From: Capsulimonadales bacterium
Lineage (GTDB): Bacteria; Armatimonadota; Armatimonadia; Armatimonadales; Armatimonadaceae
Direction: 5' to 3'
NCBI GenBank assembly: GCA_033762295.1
Contig: JANRLW010000039.1
Coordinates: forward strand, 1 to 16,046
Length of the DNA stretch: 16,046 bases
How positions within the stretch are numbered: position 1 is the stretch's first letter; the number at the start of each line of letters is the position of its first letter. This document shows, in pieces, positions 6,209 through 12,862 of the stretch. Both the position numbers and the translations under genes were made by a program. A model generated the notes under the pieces. That model was not told where the DNA came from, did no database searches, and saw nothing but the letters and a program-made list of their open reading frames with translations.

Positions 6209-8155
6209 TTACGCTTCAACGGTTTCCCGGCGTTCGAACTGGCGATGGTAGAGGACGGCGTACAGGCCGCCGTGCGCGAGCAGTTCGTCATGCGTGCCGG
6301 ACTCGACCAGTCGACCACGTTCCAGCACCAGAATCCGGTCGGCGTTGCGGATGGTCGACAGGCGATGCGCGATAATCAACGATGTCCGGCCCCGGAGTAG
6401 CGTCTCCAGCGCCTGCTGCACCAGATACTCCGACGTGGCGTCCAGACTGCTGGTCGCCTCATCCAGCACCAGGATACGCGGGTCTTTCAGCAGGGCGCGG
6501 GCGATCGACAGTCGCTGACGCTCCCCGCCCGACAGACGAAACGCGCGCTCTCCGACCACCGTCTCGTAACCGTCCGGCAGTGTCTCGATAAACTCGTGGA
6601 TGTTCGCCGCGCGGGCCGCCGCGATGATCTCCGCGTCGGTGGCGTTCGGCCGGGCATACAGGAGATTGGCGCGGACCGTGTCGTGGAACAGAAAGGTCTC
6701 CTGGGTGACGACGCCGATCTGTCGACGGACGCTGTCCTGCGTGATCGCCCGCAGGTCATGGCCGTCGAGCGTGATCCGGCCCGAAACCGGGTCGAGAAGC
6801 CGGGGAACCAGGTAGGTGACGGTCGTCTTGCCCGCGCCGCTCGGTCCGACCAGCGCGATGCGCTCGCCGGGCCGGATCTCGAACGTCAGGTCGCGCAGCG
6901 CGAATCGCTCCGTGGCCCCCGTCTCGTCGTCCGAAGTCTCCCCGGATGTCTCCCCGGTGGTCTCGTTCGACGCCGCGCCCGGATAGGCGAACGAGACCTC
7001 CTCGAACCGGATATGACCGCGTACCGGCTCCGGCAGGGGGATCGCCTCGGGACGGTCCCCGACCTCCGGCTCGGTGTCGAGCAGGGAAAATATCCGCTCG
7101 AACACCGCCAGCGCCGCCTGAACGTCGACATAGACGTTCGCCAGGTTCGCCAGCGGGCGATACAGACTGGTCAGGTAGGCGACGAAGGCGATGACCGTAC
7201 CGATCGTCAACTGCTGCCGGATCGCCAGGTAGCCGCCGTAGGCGTAGATGAGCGCGGGACCGGCGACGCTGAAGACGTTCAGACAGAGCATCAGCCAGCG
7301 ACCGACCAGGGACTGCCGGACGTTCAGATCCATCAGCCGCCGCCCCTGCCGGGAGAACGCCTGCGCATCGTTCTCCGCCTGCCCGAAAAATTTGGTCAGC
7401 AGCATCCCGCCGATATTCAGACGCTCCTGAAGGAACGCCGTCTGGTCCGCCTGCGCCTCCTGTGTCTCCCGCGCCAGACGTCGACGGAACCGTCCCACGG
7501 TACGGGTCGGAAGATACAGCAAAGGAACGACGACCAGCGAAAGCAGGGCGAGACGCCAGTCCATCGCGCCGATCACGGTGGCGGTCGCGATCACGGTCAG
7601 CAGATTATTGGCGATCGCGATCAGGCTGTTGACCACCGTCCCCTGGACCGCGCCGACATCGCTGCCGATCCGGGAAACGATCTCCCCGGCGCGCGTCGTC
7701 GTGTAAAACGGGAGCGACATCGCCTGGAGGTGCCGGAAGAGCAGGACACGCAGGGAAAAGACGATCGTCTCGCCGACCCGCGCGCTGATCCAGTTCTGAA
7801 GGACTCCGATCAGGGAGGACAGCGCGCTCAGCGCCACGACGGCCAGAACCAGCCCGTAAAGCAGGGAGAGGTCGCCTCGCGGGATCGCCTGGTCGAGAAT
7901 GCCGCGGATCGCCAGAGGAGGAAGCACGCCCAGAGCGGCTGATACGGCGATACAGGCGAGAATGGCCAGCCAGGAGCGAAGGTGGGGACGAATCAGGAGG
8001 TCGGCGACACGCCGCAACAGCGCCCGTTCGATCCGGGCGGTCGGCATCCCCTCGCCGCCCACGTCCCGATTACGCAGACCGAAGGAGCGGGGCATGCCAC
8101 CGATGCTCCGATCCATCCCGCCCAGACCTCCCAGACCTCCGCCGCCACCGAACAT
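6209..8155 (-). CDS. ABC transporter, fused permease/ATP-binding protein (MsbA/type I exporter family); start codon uncertain
   Basis: A six-helix transmembrane domain is followed by a nucleotide-binding domain with Walker A GPSGAGKTT, the signature LSGGERQRLSIARAL and Walker B ILVLDEATSSLD. Four in-frame starts are possible: 8155 (MFGGGGGLGGLGG...), 8116, 8095 and 8050 (MPTARIERALL...). The Gly-rich N-terminal 35 aa may not be translated. Confidence 0.9.
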   Translation of the reverse strand: MFGGGGGLGGLGGMDRSIGGMPRSFGLRNRDVGGEGMPTARIERALLRRVADLLIRPHLRSWLAILACIAVSAALGVLPPLAIRGILDQAIPRGDLSLLYGLVLAVVALSALSSLIGVLQNWISARVGETIVFSLRVLLFRHLQAMSLPFYTTTRAGEIVSRIGSDVGAVQGTVVNSLIAIANNLLTVIATATVIGAMDWRLALLSLVVVPLLYLPTRTVGRFRRRLARETQEAQADQTAFLQERLNIGGMLLTKFFGQAENDAQAFSRQGRRLMDLNVRQSLVGRWLMLCLNVFSVAGPALIYAYGGYLAIRQQLTIGTVIAFVAYLTSLYRPLANLANVYVDVQAALAVFERIFSLLDTEPEVGDRPEAIPLPEPVRGHIRFEEVSFAYPGAASNETTGETSGETSDDETGATERFALRDLTFEIRPGERIALVGPSGAGKTTVTYLVPRLLDPVSGRITLDGHDLRAITQDSVRRQIGVVTQETFLFHDTVRANLLYARPNATDAEIIAAARAANIHEFIETLPDGYETVVGERAFRLSGGERQRLSIARALLKDPRILVLDEATSSLDATSEYLVQQALETLLRGRTSLIIAHRLSTIRNADRILVLERGRLVESGTHDELLAHGGLYAVLYHRQFERRETVEA

Positions 8156-8295
8156 AAGAATGCCCTGTCCCGCCCGCAGACGGGTCTTTTCCCGACTATC
8201 GTACCCGGTATACCCGCTTTTCCGGATTACGGATCGCGCCCGGCGGCCAGGGAACGACCACCTGCAACGAAATTGCCGTCCGGGTGTCCGAAGAT

Positions 8296-8994
8296 ATGTA
8301 CGGGAACGAGGTGACGGGTTTGGAACTCCTTCGCTGGCAGTGGATAATCTTTTTCGCTCCGCTGATTCTCGCCGTTCTCCTGGCGCTCTCCGCCGTTGTT
8401 GGCGTCGGGGAGCACGAAGGTCATTCGGCGGACACGGGGGCGGACACGGGGGCGGACACGGGTGAATTGCACGGACCGGAAGGTTCTGAGGTTCACCAGG
8501 GCGTCCACCACGACGCGGATTCCCCTTCCGGGGAAGCGCATGCGTCTCTGCTGACGATCATCGGCGTGGGAAAGGCTCCCCTGTCCTTCGTGCTTCTCAG
8601 CCTGCTTCTCCTCTGGTCGATCGTCGGTCTGATGGGCAACCTGATCTGGGGAACGAAGTGGATATGGCTTTCGGCGCTGGTCGCCGGAACCGTCTCGCTG
8701 TTCGGGACCGGAGCGATGTCGCGACTGTTCGCCCGATGGATTCCCTCGGTCGAATCGCACTATGTCACCCGGCCGGAACTGGTCGGGAATGAAGCGGTCA
8801 CCCTGCACCCGATCACGGAGACGGCGGGAACGGCGCGCCTGTACGATCGGTTGAAGACGCTTCGTCAGGTCGAATGTCGCGTTCGTCCCGGCGAGGAGAC
8901 CATCCCGATTCACACGCCCGTACTGCTTCTGGAATATGATCCGGTCGGGCAGGTCTTTTTTGTGTCGAGGGCGAGCGACTTCTTCGACAAATAA
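8296..8994 (+). CDS. NfeD-like / YqiJ(YuaF)-family inner membrane protein with C-terminal OB-fold, the usual partner of flotillin
   Basis: Two to three TM segments (WIIFFAPLILAVLLALSAVVG, LSFVLLSLLLLWSIVGLMGNL, LSALVAGTVSLFGTGA) flank a His/Asp-rich loop. The soluble C-terminal domain (ELVGNEAVTLHPITETAGTARLYD...CRVRPGEETIPIHTPVLLLEYDPVGQVFFVS) resembles the NfeD short-homologue OB-fold. It lies 45 bp upstream of a flotillin gene, as in E. coli yqiJK and B. subtilis yuaF-floT. The start could also be the GTG at 8284. Confidence 0.7.
   Translation: MYGNEVTGLELLRWQWIIFFAPLILAVLLALSAVVGVGEHEGHSADTGADTGADTGELHGPEGSEVHQGVHHDADSPSGEAHASLLTIIGVGKAPLSFVLLSLLLLWSIVGLMGNLIWGTKWIWLSALVAGTVSLFGTGAMSRLFARWIPSVESHYVTRPELVGNEAVTLHPITETAGTARLYDRLKTLRQVECRVRPGEETIPIHTPVLLLEYDPVGQVFFVSRASDFFDK
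8428..8463 (+). repeat. 12-bp x3 tandem repeat (GCGGACACGGGG) encoding (ADTG)3 within the NfeD-like gene
   Basis: Two perfect copies and one near-perfect copy (the last ends in T) are directly visible at 8428-8439, 8440-8451 and 8452-8463. Confidence 0.9.
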
Positions 8995-9039
8995 CGGCAC
9001 GCGGGGTTCGTGAAAGCCGAACCGAAACGGTAGGAATCG

Positions 9040-10992
9040 ATGAAAGAAAATGGCGGACTGGCCCTCTCTCTGACGGGAGGGCTTTTTCTTGGGATCGCGC
9101 TCATGATCGTTCCCTTTTTCGTTCCGGGGATGGACGGCATCAGTCGCGTCCTGCTCCTCGGTTTCGGAGGGGTCGTGACGTTTTTCAGTGCGGTACTCGC
9201 GATCATTACCAACTTGTTCGTGCGGACGAGGCCGGATGAAGCGTTCGTCCGAACCGGAATCGGCGGGGCGAAGGTCATCATCGACGGCGGAACGCTGGTG
9301 ATTCCGGTGGTCCATCAGGTGAAGAAGGTTCCGCTTCGGACGCTGAAACTGGAGGTGGAGCGGCGCGGCACCGAAGCGCTGATCACCTCCGACTTCCTGC
9401 GCGTCGATGTGAAAGCCGCCTTCTTCGTCCGGGTGGCGAAGGAGATCGAGGCGATCCAGACGGCGGCCAGCACCCTGCCCGACGTCACCAACAGCACGAC
9501 GGCGATCCAGGACCTGGTCCAGGAGAAACTGGTGTCCGCCCTGCGAACCGTGGCGGCGCAGCAGACCCTGAACGAACTGAATACCCGGCGGAACGAGTTT
9601 GCGGCGAGAGTGCAGGAGATGGTCACCTCCGACCTGTCGGCGAACGGACTGACGCTGGAGTCGGTGACGATCTCCAACCTGGATCAGGCGCCGCTCGATT
9701 CGCTGCGCCCCGATCAGAACGTCTTTGACGCGCAGGGCGCACGCACCATCGCCCAGATGGTCGCCGAGGAGAATGTCAAGCGGAACGAGATCGAGCGGAA
9801 CGCGCAGCGGCAGAAGAAGGAGCAGGACGTCGCCGCGGCCAAGTACATCGCCCAGCGTGACGTCGAGGAGGCGAACGCCCGCGCGGAAGCGGAAAAGAAC
9901 AAGCAGGTCGTCGAGGCGACGGCGCGACGCGAGGCGGCGGAAGCGATCGCCAACGCCGAGTCCGAACGGAAAATCGTCGAGGCGAAGGCGCGGCAGATGG
10001 CCGAGACGACCGAGGCCGAGGAACGGAGGAAAGCCGAGATCGCACGCGCCCAGTCTCAGCAGGCGATCCAGGTCGCCGAGGTGGAACGGCAGAAAGCGGT
10101 GGAACTGGCCAACCAGGAGCGGGAGAAGCAGAGCCAGGTCGCCGGAGTCGAACGGCAGAAAGAGGTCAGTGTCCGCGAACAGGAGCGAGCCGCCGCGATC
10201 GCCCGATCCGAACAGCAGCGCGCCCTGGCCGAAGCCGAGAAACTGGCGGCGGAAAACGCGCGGGAGACCGCCCTGCAGGAGGTGGAAACCACCCGCATCG
10301 TCGCCGAGGCGGAACGGCGCAAGAAACAGGAGATCATCCAGAAGGAGACCGAGGCGGAACGTCTGAAACTGGAACAACGCGCCAGGGCCGATGCCGATGC
10401 CTACGGTCGGGAGAAAGCGGCGGACGCCGACAAACAGGCGGCGTCCAAGATGGCGGAGGCGCAACTGCTCCGGGCGCGCGCCGACCGGGAAGCGAAAGAA
10501 CTGGAAGCGCTGGGCGAAAAGGCCGTCCTTATGGTGCCGGTGGCGGTCGAGGCCGAAAAAGTCACGATCGAGCGACAGCGGATCGAAGTGCTGCAGGCGG
10601 AACTGGAAGCCAAGGCGCAGTTCTCCAGCGTTTCGGTACAACTGGAGATCGCCAAAGCCATGATCGAGGCCGATAAGGAAGCGAAAATCGCGTCGGCCCA
10701 GGCGATGGGGCAGGCGTTCGCACGGGCCAACCTGACGATCTGGGGCGATCCCGATGCGGTCAAGCGGATGAACGACGCCTTTCTCATGGGACAGCAGACC
10801 GGCGCATTGCTCGAAGGATTGAATGTCGCCATGCCCGAACCGGTGAAACAACTGCTGAACGGCGCGCTCGGCAAACTGTCCTCCGCGATGGACACCGCCC
10901 CGCCCACGGTGACTCTGTCCGCCGGGGAGCCGAAACTCGGGAAAGCCGAGCCCGAACCGGTGGGAACGAAGGATGGGACGGAAGTTCGGTAG
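9040..10992 (+). CDS. flotillin-like SPFH/band-7 domain protein (FloT/YqiK family) with an extended Glu/Ala/Arg/Gln-rich coiled-coil region
   Basis: An N-terminal membrane hairpin (LFLGIALMIVPFFVPG...VVTFFSAVLAIITNLFV) is followed by the SPFH core PDEAFVRTGIGGAKVIIDGGTLVIPVVHQVKK...LKLEVE...FLRVDVKAAFFVRV. A long run of about 350 aa of EA-rich heptad-like repeats follows (AEAEKNKQVVEATARREAAEAIANAESERKIVEAKARQ...). The SD is GGTAGGA. Confidence 0.9.
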   Translation: MKENGGLALSLTGGLFLGIALMIVPFFVPGMDGISRVLLLGFGGVVTFFSAVLAIITNLFVRTRPDEAFVRTGIGGAKVIIDGGTLVIPVVHQVKKVPLRTLKLEVERRGTEALITSDFLRVDVKAAFFVRVAKEIEAIQTAASTLPDVTNSTTAIQDLVQEKLVSALRTVAAQQTLNELNTRRNEFAARVQEMVTSDLSANGLTLESVTISNLDQAPLDSLRPDQNVFDAQGARTIAQMVAEENVKRNEIERNAQRQKKEQDVAAAKYIAQRDVEEANARAEAEKNKQVVEATARREAAEAIANAESERKIVEAKARQMAETTEAEERRKAEIARAQSQQAIQVAEVERQKAVELANQEREKQSQVAGVERQKEVSVREQERAAAIARSEQQRALAEAEKLAAENARETALQEVETTRIVAEAERRKKQEIIQKETEAERLKLEQRARADADAYGREKAADADKQAASKMAEAQLLRARADREAKELEALGEKAVLMVPVAVEAEKVTIERQRIEVLQAELEAKAQFSSVSVQLEIAKAMIEADKEAKIASAQAMGQAFARANLTIWGDPDAVKRMNDAFLMGQQTGALLEGLNVAMPEPVKQLLNGALGKLSSAMDTAPPTVTLSAGEPKLGKAEPEPVGTKDGTEVR

Positions 10993-11047
10993 ACGTTCGG
11001 TAAAGGGTGCCGTGGTGCGGCAGGAAACGGAAGGGACGGGAACCACG

Positions 11048-11866
11048 ATGGATATCAGAGCGATGCATGAGGACAACCGGGCGGCCTGGAACGAGGCGGC
11101 CGCCCAGTACGCGCACGATATGGAAAAGGAGATCGCATTCCTGCGTTCCGGAGGAAAGAACCTGATGGATCCGGAACTCCCATTTCTCGCCGACCTGGCG
11201 ACCTGGTGTCACCGGGCGATCCATCTGCAGTGCGCGGGCGGATCGGATACGCTCTCCCTTTGGAACCACGGCGCGCGCGAAGTCATCGGAATCGATATCA
11301 GCGACCGGATGATCGAGACGGCGCGGCGTAAATCGGAGGCGTTGAACGCTCCCGCCCGGTGGTTCCGCTGCGATGTCCTCGAGACGCCGCACGAACTCGA
11401 TGGCACGGCGGACCTGGTCTACACCGGGCGCGGCGCGCTCTGCTGGAATCTCGATCTGAACGCCTGGGCGGGCGTCGTCACCCGGCTGCTGAAGCCCGGC
11501 GGACGTGTCTACGTCTTCGAGGGGCACCCGATGGACTGGTGCTGGGATATGAACGCGTCGGAGTTGCGTTTCGATCCGCAGCCGCCGTACGGTTCGTACT
11601 TCTCGGAGGAGATCGGTACCGAACAGGGCTGGCCGACAACCTATATTCAGGAGGCGGTCGTGCCGCCGAAGGAACAGCAGGCGCGAAAGCATGAGCGTCA
11701 GTGGACGCTGGGGCAGGTTTTGAACGCCCTGGCCGATGCCGGTCTGCGCTTCGCCCGGTTGGAGGAGCATCCGGTTTTATACTGGAACCAGTTCCCGAAC
11801 CTGCCCGAGGACACGCTTCGTCGGCTGCCCCACACCTTCTCCCTGCTTTTTTTCAAGGAACGGTGA
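11048..11866 (+). CDS. class I SAM-dependent methyltransferase
   Basis: Motif I IHLQCAGGSDTLSLWNHGAREVIGIDISDRMIETAR, the acidic loop FRCDVLE and the post-I motif LLKPGGRVYVFEGHP are present. The start was chosen at the ATG at 11048 (AAGGGA upstream). The ORF-track GTG at 10973 would overlap the flotillin stop. Confidence 0.8.
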   Translation: MDIRAMHEDNRAAWNEAAAQYAHDMEKEIAFLRSGGKNLMDPELPFLADLATWCHRAIHLQCAGGSDTLSLWNHGAREVIGIDISDRMIETARRKSEALNAPARWFRCDVLETPHELDGTADLVYTGRGALCWNLDLNAWAGVVTRLLKPGGRVYVFEGHPMDWCWDMNASELRFDPQPPYGSYFSEEIGTEQGWPTTYIQEAVVPPKEQQARKHERQWTLGQVLNALADAGLRFARLEEHPVLYWNQFPNLPEDTLRRLPHTFSLLFFKER

Positions 11867-12004
11867 GTCGGGCTTTAGCGAGTCGGGGGGTTCCGACGAT
11901 AGGGGGATGATGCCGTTCCCACTCAGACCGGACGGCATAGAAGGGAGGCTAAGCCAAACCATGGACTTCAATCAGTCCAAGCTCGCCTCCGGGAGCGGGG
12001 CCTT

Positions 12005-12862
12005 CTAAGTTTCTTTCGCGCGGGTGCACACGCGCAAAGGGGCGGCGGGGCAAGTATCCCGGCGGGGTCCGACGGAGGGGGAACCACCGTCGGACCCCTG
12101 TGTTTTCGGACCCGCCGGATCGAGAACGGCGTCCCGGAACGCTTCGAGCAGGTAACGCTGTGTCAGCATGATTCTTGGCCGGTCCGAGGCGTTCGGAGCG
12201 ATCGTGTGGAGCAGGCGCAGGTCCGTTAAATAGACGTCGCCCGGTTCCCCGCAGAGTTCGACGACCCGGACCGTGACCTCCCCGGCCCGACCCGCCTCGG
12301 CCAGAAAACGCGAACGGTCGCCGCTGTCGGCGGACAGCAGGTCGCGGAAGTACGGCTCCCGCTTCAGAAGACGCTTTGCCTCCTGCGAACGGAGAAACCG
12401 GGGCTCGTTCAAGAGGCGATGCGAACCGGCGACGATCAGGGTGCCGCCCCCGCCCGGAACGACCGTATCAAGGAAGGTGAAGACCTGCACGCCCGGCAGG
12501 CCCGCCTCCGAAAAGCGAGGCAGGTCCAAGTGCCAGAGGGCATGCGGGACGGTCCACGACGCCGCATCGGGCGGCGTGAAAAGCGGCTGAGGCGCGGACA
12601 GGGGGAAGGTCGGACGACCGTCGACGAGTTCCTCGATCGCCCGCCGTACCTCGTCCCCGATCAGTCCCGCAATCTCCCGCCGACGAAACCGTTCGGACGG
12701 CTTTCCGACATCGCGCTCCGCACACTGCCGCACCGCCTCCCGCGCCGCCGCGACCGCTTCCACCGGCAGATAGTTCCGCCGAACAAGCCACCCTTCGTCA
12801 CGGAACGCCGCTCGCTCCGTCGGAGAGAATATCCGGGACTCACCAGTTGATTGGGTAGACAT
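12005..12862 (-). CDS. phytanoyl-CoA dioxygenase (PhyH) family Fe(II)/2-oxoglutarate-dependent oxygenase
   Basis: ALWHLDLP supplies the HxD iron ligands. GGGGTLIVAGSHRL matches the PhyH v-PGSH-type motif. DLRLLHTIAPNASDRPRIMLTQRY supplies the distal His plus the N-x-S-x-x-x-R 2OG-binding motif. The start overlaps the upstream membrane-protein gene by 23 nt. Confidence 0.7.
   Translation of the reverse strand: MSTQSTGESRIFSPTERAAFRDEGWLVRRNYLPVEAVAAAREAVRQCAERDVGKPSERFRRREIAGLIGDEVRRAIEELVDGRPTFPLSAPQPLFTPPDAASWTVPHALWHLDLPRFSEAGLPGVQVFTFLDTVVPGGGGTLIVAGSHRLLNEPRFLRSQEAKRLLKREPYFRDLLSADSGDRSRFLAEAGRAGEVTVRVVELCGEPGDVYLTDLRLLHTIAPNASDRPRIMLTQRYLLEAFRDAVLDPAGPKTQGSDGGSPSVGPRRDTCPAAPLRVCTRAKET
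12064..12109 (+). terminator. strong plus-strand intrinsic terminator embedded in the 3' end of the minus-strand PhyH CDS
   Basis: GGGGTCCGACGG-agggggaacca-CCGTCGGACCCC forms a perfect 12-bp stem. It is followed directly by TGTGTTTTCGG. This is the probable end point of the yqiJ-flotillin-methyltransferase transcript, about 200 nt after the methyltransferase stop codon. Confidence 0.55.

Noticed and set aside
6596-7942. 448-aa plus-strand ORF opposite the ABC exporter
   Set aside because: It is antisense to a gene with Walker A, Walker B and ABC signature motifs. It is R/D/G-rich low complexity.
8172-8193. Short hairpin GCCCG-caga-CGGGT followed by CTTTTCC in the divergent region between the ABC exporter and the NfeD-like gene
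   Set aside because: The stem has only 4-5 bp and there is no upstream plus-strand gene to terminate. It is more likely incidental, or part of the ABC gene 5' leader read on the opposite strand.
7899-8465. 188-aa plus-strand ORF ending in GGHGGGHGGGHG
   Set aside because: Its C-terminal Gly/His repeat is the 12-bp x3 tandem repeat read in the wrong frame. It overlaps the ABC exporter start and the NfeD-like gene.
8227-11076. 949-aa minus-strand ORF spanning the NfeD-like gene, flotillin and the methyltransferase start
   Set aside because: It lies antisense to three genes with clear family signatures. Its product is R/L/G/D-rich low-complexity sequence with no motifs. It is stop-free only because of high GC and the EA-rich (GAG/GCG/GCC) repeats on the sense strand.
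10784-11770. 328-aa minus-strand ORF opposite the methyltransferase
   Set aside because: It is antisense to a gene with clear SAM-methyltransferase motifs.
11880-11900. GGGGGGTTCCGACGAT, checked as a possible tRNA/tmRNA T-arm
   Set aside because: The loop is GGGGTT on a 5-bp stem, not the GTTCRANYC T-loop. No acceptor or anticodon arms can be built around it, and no tRNA-like structure is present anywhere in the window.
12031-12048. GCGCG-ggtgcaca-CGCGC inverted repeat just downstream of the PhyH stop codon
   Set aside because: A 5-bp stem flanked by an A-rich, not U-rich, tract on the minus strand. It is not convincing as the minus-operon terminator.
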